Positions 16,919-26,654 of a stretch of 61,981 nucleotides of DNA are shown here, piece by piece (position 1 is the first letter of the stretch; each line of letters starts with the position of its first letter). Under the pieces are notes generated by a model. It was given only the letters and a program-made list of their open reading frames with translations. It did not search any database and had not been told where the DNA came from. Origin of the DNA: a virus (taxonomy: Duplodnaviria > Caudoviricetes); the IMG/VR virus record IMGVR_UViG_3300023116_000045, positions 1-61,981 of that record. The stretch is one strand, 5' to 3'. Position numbers and translations under genes: made by a program.

Positions 16919-19912
16919 TTACAGGACGTTTGATTCGAGTGGTTGAACGACACCATTTTCACGAGGATTCATACTTGAGGCACCTGCTCTGTACTGAGGA
17001 GCATCTGCAGATGGAAGTTTCTCCGCAGTCTCCGTTGCATAAGAGAATTTATCAGTTGATGATATGGAACTGTATGCTGGAGAACCATAAAGACCAGCTG
17101 GACTGATTCCAGCAACCCAATATGCCTCACGTTCAGTTGCAGCATATTGTGTAGAGGCCCTACCTAAAGTGACCACTCCAGCAATACTCCTAGAAGTGTC
17201 AGTTGCAAAGTCCATAAAGTAACCAGAGAGGGGAACAGGATTTGGAGAACCAGGGTTTTGTCCCGTTCCAATATAACATCCCTTAGACATTCCAGCCATC
17301 TGACCAACCTGTCGTAGATCAGATGTGTTTAGAGTGCTGCAAATTTGCATTGTATCGGTGGAATATGTGAGTTTATCATATTTTGTGACAACACCAGGAA
17401 CACCTGAATCTGATCCACCGCCGAAATAACCCTTATCTTTTCCACCACCACCTTGGAAATAATATCGACCACTGCTAAGATTGCCTGATGATGGAAGAGT
17501 TGACCAAGTTCCAGGAGTGAAGGGCAATTTGAGAGTGCTTGATTGCTGACTCCCAATATAACCAGCAACATAATAACCAGCAGATGGTGACGAACTATAA
17601 CCACCACCATAACGACCAGTCCCAGGCATGTTTGATGATGGAACATTGACCATCGTCTCGGTCGAATAAGTAACTCTGTCCGTGGTCGAATAAGCAGTGT
17701 ACGCTGGTGGTCCAGTGTATCCACCACAAGTCCAACCATAAGTTGTGTTACTAAAACCAGCAAGATAATTGCTTCTCGCAAGAGTGTTTCGAGCTGGACT
17801 GCTCGATCCTGTTTCTGTGGAGAATGTAAGTTTGTCTGTTGAAGATGAAGCACTTGGAGCTCCACCTCCATTCATCAAAGCAAAATCAGGTGCACTTGAA
17901 TATGCAGAGGGAAGGAAACTGTTATAAGTTGTGGTCTTAGGAACATGAAGACTGCGGTGGTTCTCCATTGTTCCAGTAAATGCTGCGTTATTGGTTCCAC
18001 TTGGAACTCCAGCGCCTGCATAATCAATGTTAGCTGTGTGAACAAGTGAATACTGTTCAGTTGCGTAATTTAGTTTTTGACATATGGAATTATACTGCCA
18101 TCCACCAACTGCGTAACCATGAGTTGATGAGTTTCCTGCCTGATCAACGTTATAGGTGTTAAGGTAAGGTGTGTAAGAAATTGCAGTGATGCTGTCAGAA
18201 ACTGTATCAGTTGAGAACTGAATTTTGACAGCATTTGTCAGTGGACCTGGAGAACCCAAGGAGAAATAACCAAATTCTGGTCCAGACATTCCAGCAATGT
18301 ATGCTCTATTTGCTGGAAGGTTTTGAACGCGACCCACTGTTTCTGTTGCATAATCAATTCGATCAACAGCACTGTTTGCTGAAGGAGTAATACCTCCTGC
18401 ATAATAACCATGTGACTTCATGGTACTGACAGAACCCAGGTGATACTTAGATGGAGTTACAAAAGTAGTTCCTGGAAGAAGAGTAGCCGTGTCAGAACCA
18501 AATGAGAATTTATCAACAGAGGACTTTGGACCAGGAAGACCACCAGCAGAATAACCAGCATTCTCTGATGTACAGATTGCTGCGTCATATTGAGCGTTGT
18601 TCATGTTAGCAGGAACTCTTGCAGTCGTCTGATCTGCTACAGTAAGTTTATCAATGCTACTGTAATCAGATGCTCCAGACCCCATTGCTGCATAGACTGC
18701 TTTGGAGCTTGCCATGCCCTGACAAGCTGCTCTTCCTATGTAAAGCGAAGCACCAGGATTTCTTCCCAGAGTATCCGTGGTGAAGTCCATCCTGCTGGTG
18801 TGTGAGAGGTTACCATAACCTCCCATGTAGTAAGCAGCCTCATCAAACTGCTCAAACTTCAGGTTTTGTTCTCTCGCAATATAACCTGAGTGCGTAAATG
18901 CTTTACCTCTTGGACAAGCAGCAGCCCCATTATATCTCGTGGCAGTCAGATTGCCGCCAGTGGGGACGTTCGATGCAGTGTCATCAGAGAATTGAATCTT
19001 AGTAAAGTTACTAAAGTTACTCGCAGGTCCATTGCCACCACCAAAGTAACCGTGAGTTGAATTTCCAGCACCTTGCATGTTTGACCCAACGTTTCTCAGA
19101 GAATTAGCTGAAGGGAGAGTGCTTGTTGTCTCTCCTGAGAAAGTAAATTTAACAACAGTAGACTTGTGTCGAGTCGAGACTGGACCACCATCATTACCAC
19201 CACCAATGTAACCAGCAGCATCACCTGAAGCACCATAAACAGCTCTTAGTTGTGCGACATTGGCACTAACTGCCTCTCTTGTGTCCGTCGCAAAGGTTAC
19301 TTTCTCAACATTACTGGTAATTGGTGTTTCTCCACCACAGATATAACAAGCAGTTTGATTTCCAATCGCAGCATGTCCATTTCTTGCCGTGTTCAGAGCG
19401 GAAGATGGACTTTGTGTTACTGTGTCATGTGTAAACACCAATTTGTTTACAGTGGTGACATTACTCGGGGTGCTGCCCGCGCAAATATAACCATATTCAT
19501 CAATTGCAGTTCCAGCCGCATCCGATGTTCCTGTAGGAAGATTAGATGCAGGTGCTTTTGTAAGGGTGTCTGTTTGATAAGAAAGTTTTTCTACACCAGA
19601 GTAAAAAGCTGCTGGACCACCATATCTTCCACCAGACCAATAAGCATTAAATCGATTACCAAATCCACACAACGTACGGTTTGTGGCAGTTAGATTTGCA
19701 CTGGGAACGAGAACCGTTGTATCATCAGTAAAAGTCATCTTGTCAAGACTACTTACATCTGACGGAGTTGATCCACCAGCAAAGTACCCAACATTGGGAG
19801 TTCCCGAGAACGGAAAGTTCTTAACAAAAGATGCACCAGGATCTACCCAGTCACCGTCCTCTTGGGCGAAACGGATATCTTGTAAACTGAAAACACCACG
19901 GGTATTAGCCAT
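16919..19912 (-). CDS. Kelch-like beta-propeller repeat protein 2
   Basis: same repeat unit and terminal motifs as 12543..15455; CTAAATA at 19946-19952. Confidence 0.8.
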   Translation of the reverse strand: MANTRGVFSLQDIRFAQEDGDWVDPGASFVKNFPFSGTPNVGYFAGGSTPSDVSSLDKMTFTDDTTVLVPSANLTATNRTLCGFGNRFNAYWSGGRYGGPAAFYSGVEKLSYQTDTLTKAPASNLPTGTSDAAGTAIDEYGYICAGSTPSNVTTVNKLVFTHDTVTQSPSSALNTARNGHAAIGNQTACYICGGETPITSNVEKVTFATDTREAVSANVAQLRAVYGASGDAAGYIGGGNDGGPVSTRHKSTVVKFTFSGETTSTLPSANSLRNVGSNMQGAGNSTHGYFGGGNGPASNFSNFTKIQFSDDTASNVPTGGNLTATRYNGAAACPRGKAFTHSGYIAREQNLKFEQFDEAAYYMGGYGNLSHTSRMDFTTDTLGRNPGASLYIGRAACQGMASSKAVYAAMGSGASDYSSIDKLTVADQTTARVPANMNNAQYDAAICTSENAGYSAGGLPGPKSSVDKFSFGSDTATLLPGTTFVTPSKYHLGSVSTMKSHGYYAGGITPSANSAVDRIDYATETVGRVQNLPANRAYIAGMSGPEFGYFSLGSPGPLTNAVKIQFSTDTVSDSITAISYTPYLNTYNVDQAGNSSTHGYAVGGWQYNSICQKLNYATEQYSLVHTANIDYAGAGVPSGTNNAAFTGTMENHRSLHVPKTTTYNSFLPSAYSSAPDFALMNGGGAPSASSSTDKLTFSTETGSSSPARNTLARSNYLAGFSNTTYGWTCGGYTGPPAYTAYSTTDRVTYSTETMVNVPSSNMPGTGRYGGGYSSSPSAGYYVAGYIGSQQSSTLKLPFTPGTWSTLPSSGNLSSGRYYFQGGGGKDKGYFGGGSDSGVPGVVTKYDKLTYSTDTMQICSTLNTSDLRQVGQMAGMSKGCYIGTGQNPGSPNPVPLSGYFMDFATDTSRSIAGVVTLGRASTQYAATEREAYWVAGISPAGLYGSPAYSSISSTDKFSYATETAEKLPSADAPQYRAGASSMNPRENGVVQPLESNVL

Positions 19913-20324
19913 CTTTTACAACGATTCTCTGGAAAAGCATACTGTTATTTAGATTATCCCCATAACCTTTACCATAAGAATGAGGGAGATTTCCTCTAAA
20001 CAACACCATCCTGTTGTATTTTGCTGTGATGTTACCATATTGTTTTCCTTCTGGGGTGAAGAACTTGAGTCCATGTTCACCCCAACCACACAAAGGAAGT
20101 GTCAAATAAATGACAGCAATCCACTGGTGGTTTGGAAATGATACAATCTCATCAGTCCCATTGACTTCATTGGTTGCCGAAACAATCTGAATTGGATGTC
20201 TCAGCAACTGTGAAATCTTACCACCAGTCTCTTCTGTAATCCGACACTCATTATCAAGGAAACTTTTATGATATGGAAAAGGAATATCATAAAAGTCATC
20301 AACTACAATGACCTGTTCGCTCAT
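19905..20324 (-). CDS. short, degenerate DUF6445-like oxygenase
   Basis: VIVVDDFY and YNRMVLFRGNLPHSYG are present, but the HxD motif is not. Confidence 0.65.
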   Translation of the reverse strand: MSEQVIVVDDFYDIPFPYHKSFLDNECRITEETGGKISQLLRHPIQIVSATNEVNGTDEIVSFPNHQWIAVIYLTLPLCGWGEHGLKFFTPEGKQYGNITAKYNRMVLFRGNLPHSYGKGYGDNLNNSMLFQRIVVKDG

Positions 20325-22117
20325 TCTTCCTTGAAACCTTGACCAGCATTGAAGTAACTTTGACCCAGTTGCTTCTGCTCTTCTGCTGCCTTCAGTGTTC
20401 CTTGACCCATGTCCTTACCAGAGATCTTCTCATAACCTTTGAGAACTTTGGATTGCAGGTCTTGAATGAACTCCAGTCGTCCTTCTTGAGTGAGAAGTTT
20501 ATCCATTGGCAGATAACCTTCCTTCAGTTCATTCTGACCATCAACAATGGAAGGACCAGAAGCACGACGCATTGCCTGGAGGTTACCACCACTGATACCA
20601 GTTTGTGCTGCCATCAGGTCATCCAGTGCCTGCTCAGCAAGGCGAGTATCCCAATAGTTCTCATTCTCTGCCAGGAACTGTTCTCTGTCAGGAATCTTAC
20701 CACCATTACGCTCAATCAATGCATCAAGCATCTTATCCAGGTGCTCCATCTGGTGCAGACGATCACGAATCTCAAGTTCAGAAGACTTCAGATAGTGAGT
20801 CATTGACAATTCATCCAAATCATACCAGCAGAGTTTCTGGTGTCCACCACCAGGACCACCTTGCTCCCACATGATGGGTTTCGACTTATCTTTATCATTC
20901 CACTTGTATTCAAACTCACGAACCTTTTCCTTCATCTCGATGAGTTTGTACATGTAACCAGTTGCCATCCCACGACGCTCTTTGAGGATGTGCTCAAAGG
21001 AAACAGAGATGTTGTGAGTGTTCAGACCAATGAACTTCTCAAGTTGGAAGTTGGTTCGACCCTGAGCCATCTCCCTGTCACTCTCATCCCAACGAAGAAC
21101 ATTATCAAAAGCAAGACGAAGATACTCCTCGTCATTCACCGCTTGTTGAGCATTGATTGGTGTATAAGTCAATGCAGTGGAATTATCCGTAGTCATAGTA
21201 TCTCCAGTGATGTTGTGAATTAAAGTTTTCCAAGAGTGTGCGATGGTCTTCCAATTATATCTTTCAACGATATAATCAGAGATGTTTTTTGAGACTTGAT
21301 CATAATAAGGTCGTTCCTTGTCAAAAAAGTCAAGTGCCTTACAACATGTCTCAGTGAAGTTATTTAGAAAGTTTTCTGTGACCTCCCAACCCTTTGTTGT
21401 GTTCTTTCCCTCAATGGGAACCACACTGGCATGATCCTGACCAGCAACTTCTGCAAGTGCTCCAATGTTAGTAATGATTGGATAAGCACCACACCTCATT
21501 GCCTCACACATTGCCTGGCAGAATGTTTCCTCCCAAATGTTTGGATGAACAAAGAAAGCAGACTCCTGATAATGCTTGACCAGTTCATCCTGAGTCACAG
21601 CAGATGAATACTCAACACTTGGATTGAGTTTCAGTTCCTCATACAATTCAATGTAAGGATCATTCAATGGTCCATAAAGAGACATTGATGAGAAGATCTT
21701 AAACTTAGTGTCAGGATGTCTCTCAAGAATGCGAGGAATGATTTGTGATAACACTGCCAACCCTTTGTAAGGGATGGAGGTGTAAATCATTGTCTTTGTT
21801 TTATTCGCGGAGTGAGTGAAGATGTCATAAATGCCAACAGGAATGACAGTAATCTTATCCGCTGGAACATTGTGAAACTTCACAAACATTTCTTTGTTCC
21901 ACTCAGATGGTGAAACAATGTGATTCACCAAGTTGTGATCAAAGTTCAGAAACAGTGGTTGATCAAAAGCATGATGTGCCCACAGAATCTTATAAGGATG
22001 ATCTGATTTTCTCAACTCTTCTGGGAGATGAGAAACAAACACGTTGGGTGGGAATTGATAATGTTCTGCCAAACGAACATAACACTTTTCAGTTCCGCCT
22101 GTAATTGGTTCTGCCAT
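20321..22117 (-). CDS. GT-B (GT4-like) glycosyltransferase fused to a helical C-terminal domain
   Basis: IYTSIPYKGL and HPNIWEETFCQAMCEAMRCG (EX7E) in the N-terminal ~305 aa; coiled-coil-like C-terminal half. Confidence 0.82.
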   Translation of the reverse strand: MAEPITGGTEKCYVRLAEHYQFPPNVFVSHLPEELRKSDHPYKILWAHHAFDQPLFLNFDHNLVNHIVSPSEWNKEMFVKFHNVPADKITVIPVGIYDIFTHSANKTKTMIYTSIPYKGLAVLSQIIPRILERHPDTKFKIFSSMSLYGPLNDPYIELYEELKLNPSVEYSSAVTQDELVKHYQESAFFVHPNIWEETFCQAMCEAMRCGAYPIITNIGALAEVAGQDHASVVPIEGKNTTKGWEVTENFLNNFTETCCKALDFFDKERPYYDQVSKNISDYIVERYNWKTIAHSWKTLIHNITGDTMTTDNSTALTYTPINAQQAVNDEEYLRLAFDNVLRWDESDREMAQGRTNFQLEKFIGLNTHNISVSFEHILKERRGMATGYMYKLIEMKEKVREFEYKWNDKDKSKPIMWEQGGPGGGHQKLCWYDLDELSMTHYLKSSELEIRDRLHQMEHLDKMLDALIERNGGKIPDREQFLAENENYWDTRLAEQALDDLMAAQTGISGGNLQAMRRASGPSIVDGQNELKEGYLPMDKLLTQEGRLEFIQDLQSKVLKGYEKISGKDMGQGTLKAAEEQKQLGQSYFNAGQGFKEE

Positions 22118-22120
22118 GAT

Positions 22121-22768
22121 TTAATAAATGTGATAACCAGTGTGATTCAATTTAATTTCTCGGTCTAACCATGTGTCATAACCAACTTCTGTTGCTCTAC
22201 GGAAGAATGCTTTATCCTCCGAGAGAAAACCATCTCCAATTTTCATTTCAGCGAAGTAATGATAAGAGTTATTCATTTCACCTTCAGTGTGAGGATCCTC
22301 CGAGTGGTAATCCGATGGTGTGTATTTTAGACCAGGATAACGTTGTGCGATATCCGTAAAAACTCTGCGATGAATGAGAACAAATCCCATTCCGTTGCCA
22401 TCAATTTTGATTAAGTTTCTGTATCTTTTTTCTGGATAAGAGAAATTTACACAATATCTTGGTGGCAAGACTTTCATCGGATAAGCAGCAGATACAATGT
22501 GCACCTGATACGACAATAATTTTATCACATCCTGAGCATCAAAACCGATGTCACTGTCCAGAAAGAACAGATATTCAAAATCCGTGTTGTTGATAAAGAA
22601 GTTGGCAACTCTGGAGCGAGCGTGACCAATCAGAGAAGAATTAGAAAGCGTGAGAAGTCCATGTGGAATGTTGTTTCTTACAAATGCCTTTGCAAGATTG
22701 AACAAACCAACAGTGGTCTTCTCACTAATATTGCCTCCCCCACAAGGGAGACCAATCATCACACCCAT
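22121..22768 (-). CDS. GT-A fold glycosyltransferase
   Basis: YLFFLDSDIGF (DxD), GMGFVLIHR, LSEDKAFFRR, HTG. Confidence 0.8.
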   Translation of the reverse strand: MGVMIGLPCGGGNISEKTTVGLFNLAKAFVRNNIPHGLLTLSNSSLIGHARSRVANFFINNTDFEYLFFLDSDIGFDAQDVIKLLSYQVHIVSAAYPMKVLPPRYCVNFSYPEKRYRNLIKIDGNGMGFVLIHRRVFTDIAQRYPGLKYTPSDYHSEDPHTEGEMNNSYHYFAEMKIGDGFLSEDKAFFRRATEVGYDTWLDREIKLNHTGYHIY

Positions 22769-22797
22769 AATATCTGTTTTTGTTTATTATAACCTAC

Positions 22798-25755
22798 TTA
22801 TAAGACGTTGGAAGTATATGCTCCTGCATTGACTCTTCCACTTACTCCAATTACACCGTAACGTGTTCCACTCAAGGGTTCTGCAAATGTTGTTGTCTCT
22901 GTTACATAATCTAATTTGTCAACTGTTGACACAGAACCAGGAACACCACCAGCGAAATATGCTTTTGTAGCATTTCCTGTTGCTCCTATATTCCAACTAC
23001 TTCTGCTTAAAGATGCTCCAATTAGTTGAGTAGTGTCTGTTGAATAATTGATTTTATTGATGTCAGATAATCCAACATATGAACCAGTATAACGAAGTCC
23101 ACCACCATAATATCCTTGTGTGGCATTTCCTGCCATGGCACCAACATAACGAGTTCCATTCAATGCAGCACTTGGAGTTACTGAAGTTGTATCAGTGGAG
23201 AATATCAATTTGTCCACAGTGCTGAGTGGTACAGAGCCTGGTACTACACCTCCACACATATACATTGCAGAAGAACTTGCTCCAGCTCTTGGTGAATCAC
23301 GATTACCACTTAGAGCAGCACCAGGAACAGTAGCAGTGGTTTCATCTGAGAAAGTCAACTTCTGTGTTGTTGCGACAGGACCAGGAGCACCACCAGAGAA
23401 ATATGCAGCAAGTGAACTACTTGCTCCGCAGGAATTCTGAAGAGAAACTGGTGTATTAGCACCAGGAACAGGTGCTACATTTTCTGTTGCAAATGTTAAT
23501 TTATCTACTCTTGAGTGTCTGTAATAAGTGGGTGCAACATAACTAAGTCCCATAGCAATGTATCCAGCAGTGCTACTTGACCCAGAAGCACCAATGTAAC
23601 GGGCAATACTGAGTTGACCAGTGAATGGCAATCTAGTATCTGTTTCAAAATTATACTTACCAATTGAACTGAGGGGTGATGTTGATCCAGGACCACTTCC
23701 TCCAGCCATGTATCCAAAATTAGGAATCCCTGAAGTTGAAAGTGACTGGTTCAGTGTTGGAGTTTCTTGTGGTCTGAATATTGTTCTGTTTTGTTCACGA
23801 CCAGAAGCCGCAGAGTTTGAAAAATAAGGGAAACACATGTCAGAAGTGTTTCTGTAGAAAGTGTCACTCGCAAAGGACATTTTATCAATTGACGAGAAAC
23901 CAGTTGTACTTGGTGCAATGTTCCCACCAAAACAATAACCTGTGGTTTGGTTTCCTGTTCCAGTAAAATATGCAATATTTGTTTGTGTTCTGTCTGCTGT
24001 TGTCTGTCTTTGAGTTGTCTCACTTGCATAAGTGAGTTTGTCTGTGGAAGAATAGTTGGGACCTGGACCATCTCCTGCAACAATGTATCCTGCAGTCTGA
24101 TCACCCAAAGAACCTGGTTGGGTTCTGGGAACACTCAGGTTTGCACCAGGAACTCTTACAGAACTTTCAGTGGAGAAAGTGAATTTATCAACAGTAGAAT
24201 AAATTGTGGGTCCTGGAGTAACGCCACCACAAGCATAAGCAGCAGTTGAATCGGAAACACCAGCCTTGAAACCAGCAGCGATTGAGAGGTTATTTGTGAG
24301 CAATTCAGACGTGTCTGTCGCTAAATCAACACTTATGCAGTTGTTAGTATATGCACCAGGTTTTGATCCACCCAACACATAACCTGTTTTATCTGAAGCT
24401 GCTCCACTGCCAACAGATTGTGGTTGAGCCATCTTAGCTGGAATGTTGGCACTTGTTTCTGTGGCATAATTGAGTTTGATGATATCACTCAATGGTCCGA
24501 TTCCACCCACAAAATAACCAAATTGATTATTTGAGAATGGAGTCTTTCCATTTGCTGCTGGAGTTGAGAGTGTAATGTCAGCACTGGGGATTCTTGATGC
24601 TGAGTCATTAGAAAATTGGATTCTGGTAACCCCAGTGTCATGTCCACCTGGTGATGAGCGATATCCGTTCTGACAATATCCGTGTACTGGTCCGTGTTTT
24701 TGACTTGGATTGTGTTGTGAGAAATCATCAAAATATGATGGAATTGTTCTTGACTGACCTTTTGGAGTAACAGCAGAATAATTGTATCTTGTGGCAGTCA
24801 GGTTCGCACCAGGAACATTTGTTTTGGTGTCATCCGCTGCATTAATCGTACACATCGTGTTGATGGCAGCTCCAGAACCTTTTCCTCCTGCAAAATAAGC
24901 AAGAGATGAAGTAGCTGCTCCACCATTATACTGCAGTGAAGCAGGCAGTGAGTTTGCTGAGGGAAGAGTGGGAGCAGCACCAGGAGTTTCGGTGGAAAAA
25001 GTGAATTTATTGACTGTGCTGTAAAATATTGGTCCTGGTTCGACACCACCACTTATATAACCGATTGTGTCCGTTGAAGCTCCAGTTACACCACCCCTTG
25101 AACCAGGGAAGGTGGAAGGAATTGCTGTTGTCGTATCCGTTGCAAAAACAGTCTTTTCAGCACTGTTAACATAACCACTACCATCATATCCATTCGTGAC
25201 GTAACCAGCATCTTGAGTCGCAAGTGCTCCATGAATGTTTCTTTGAGTGATCAGGTTAGCACTTGGAAAACGGAAACTGGTGTCAGTACCAAAGATGATC
25301 TTATCAACAACACTGACATAACTACTTCCATTATATCCACCAGTGGAGTATCCATGAGTGTCGTTTCCAAATCCTCTAGCATCTTGAATAACTGAGGTTA
25401 AGTTTAGACCTGGAGTTTTGGCAATAGTTTCAATTGAATAAAGAAGTTTGTCGCACGATGAAATCAGAGGAGTTCTTCCACCAATATAATATCCTGCTTT
25501 ATTTGAACTTACAGATCCATGTGTCGATCTGACACCTGTCAAATCTGCAGAGGGAAGTAATGCTGTTGTATCATCAGTAAAATTACACTTATCAATACTA
25601 CTTATTTCTGATGGAGTTGTTCCACCAGCAAAATAACCAGCATTTGGAGTTGTAGCAAAGTTAGCTGCAAATGCTGTTCGAGGATCAACCCAAGATCCTC
25701 TTGCAATTCTTTGATAGGCTCGTGATAACCCGAAAACGCCTCTTGTATCTGCCAT
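22798..25755 (-). CDS. Kelch-like beta-propeller repeat protein 3
   Basis: same repeat unit; MADTRGVFGL start and SNVL end. Confidence 0.8.
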   Translation of the reverse strand: MADTRGVFGLSRAYQRIARGSWVDPRTAFAANFATTPNAGYFAGGTTPSEISSIDKCNFTDDTTALLPSADLTGVRSTHGSVSSNKAGYYIGGRTPLISSCDKLLYSIETIAKTPGLNLTSVIQDARGFGNDTHGYSTGGYNGSSYVSVVDKIIFGTDTSFRFPSANLITQRNIHGALATQDAGYVTNGYDGSGYVNSAEKTVFATDTTTAIPSTFPGSRGGVTGASTDTIGYISGGVEPGPIFYSTVNKFTFSTETPGAAPTLPSANSLPASLQYNGGAATSSLAYFAGGKGSGAAINTMCTINAADDTKTNVPGANLTATRYNYSAVTPKGQSRTIPSYFDDFSQHNPSQKHGPVHGYCQNGYRSSPGGHDTGVTRIQFSNDSASRIPSADITLSTPAANGKTPFSNNQFGYFVGGIGPLSDIIKLNYATETSANIPAKMAQPQSVGSGAASDKTGYVLGGSKPGAYTNNCISVDLATDTSELLTNNLSIAAGFKAGVSDSTAAYACGGVTPGPTIYSTVDKFTFSTESSVRVPGANLSVPRTQPGSLGDQTAGYIVAGDGPGPNYSSTDKLTYASETTQRQTTADRTQTNIAYFTGTGNQTTGYCFGGNIAPSTTGFSSIDKMSFASDTFYRNTSDMCFPYFSNSAASGREQNRTIFRPQETPTLNQSLSTSGIPNFGYMAGGSGPGSTSPLSSIGKYNFETDTRLPFTGQLSIARYIGASGSSSTAGYIAMGLSYVAPTYYRHSRVDKLTFATENVAPVPGANTPVSLQNSCGASSSLAAYFSGGAPGPVATTQKLTFSDETTATVPGAALSGNRDSPRAGASSSAMYMCGGVVPGSVPLSTVDKLIFSTDTTSVTPSAALNGTRYVGAMAGNATQGYYGGGLRYTGSYVGLSDINKINYSTDTTQLIGASLSRSSWNIGATGNATKAYFAGGVPGSVSTVDKLDYVTETTTFAEPLSGTRYGVIGVSGRVNAGAYTSNVL

Positions 25756-25764
25756 CAGTCACAC

Positions 25765-26613
25765 CTACGAAGTAATTTGTTTGCCAGAGCACTGAACGGC
25801 AATCGTTTCTGGCTGCCCGACCTCCACTTTGATGATGTCGTTGACTCCCATTCTCTTTTGTTTATCCATAATCTCAACACTTCCGTATTTCGGAATGATC
25901 AAGTCTTCAACCAGATTCGTGGTTACAATTCCATTGGTAAGACTTACTGTGACTGGATAAGATCCATCATCAGTTCTGTTGACACAACGAATTGACTGAA
26001 TGACACTTGGATAAGTTGTGGAAGTGAAAACACCAACTGCGGATGTTGTTCCAAGTCCAACTGTGCTTACTCCAACACCAAAGTAATCTGTGCTTGTCTC
26101 TGCATCATAAGTGATAAAACCTTTCAGACCATCATCAACACCATTTCTGTCGTAATCTGTGCTTCTCAACAGAATTTTATCACTTGGTCCAAGAACTTGT
26201 GGTTGTTCCAACAATTCGATTCCAGTTCCTGGTGGCACTGGAATATTATAAGCGAAGTAACTGACCTGTCCTCCACCATAACCAGTGTCAAAGTCAAATG
26301 CTCCAATGACATTAATTTCAGTGGTTGCTGATGCAACGTTGGTCACAAAGATTGATGAAACGAGATATTGCTCTCCTGCTGTTGCTGGAAGTGTCAGAAC
26401 CGTGGTTCCAATTCCGATCGGTGTTACAGCAACCGTTGTTGTAATTCCTGTGTTAAAGTCACCTGACCCGCCTCCTCCAGAGACACCCGTCAGGTTTGAA
26501 CCATCACCATAAAACTCGTTAGCGGTAACCGAAGATGAGGCAGAAACATTTACCGTGTTGGTAATGTTCCTACTATTATCAATAACGGTTGTTCCCGAAA
26601 TCTGAATTGCCAT
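25765..26613 (-). CDS. virion structural protein (fibre/adaptor-like)
   Basis: MAIQISGTTVID start, fibre motif FYGDGSNLTG, two similar beta domains; ATAAATA at 26646-26652. Confidence 0.7.
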   Translation of the reverse strand: MAIQISGTTVIDNSRNITNTVNVSASSSVTANEFYGDGSNLTGVSGGGGSGDFNTGITTTVAVTPIGIGTTVLTLPATAGEQYLVSSIFVTNVASATTEINVIGAFDFDTGYGGGQVSYFAYNIPVPPGTGIELLEQPQVLGPSDKILLRSTDYDRNGVDDGLKGFITYDAETSTDYFGVGVSTVGLGTTSAVGVFTSTTYPSVIQSIRCVNRTDDGSYPVTVSLTNGIVTTNLVEDLIIPKYGSVEIMDKQKRMGVNDIIKVEVGQPETIAVQCSGKQITS

Positions 26614-26654
26614 CTTCGTGCTTCCACTCGGCGTTTACTTTTAGTTATTTATGT

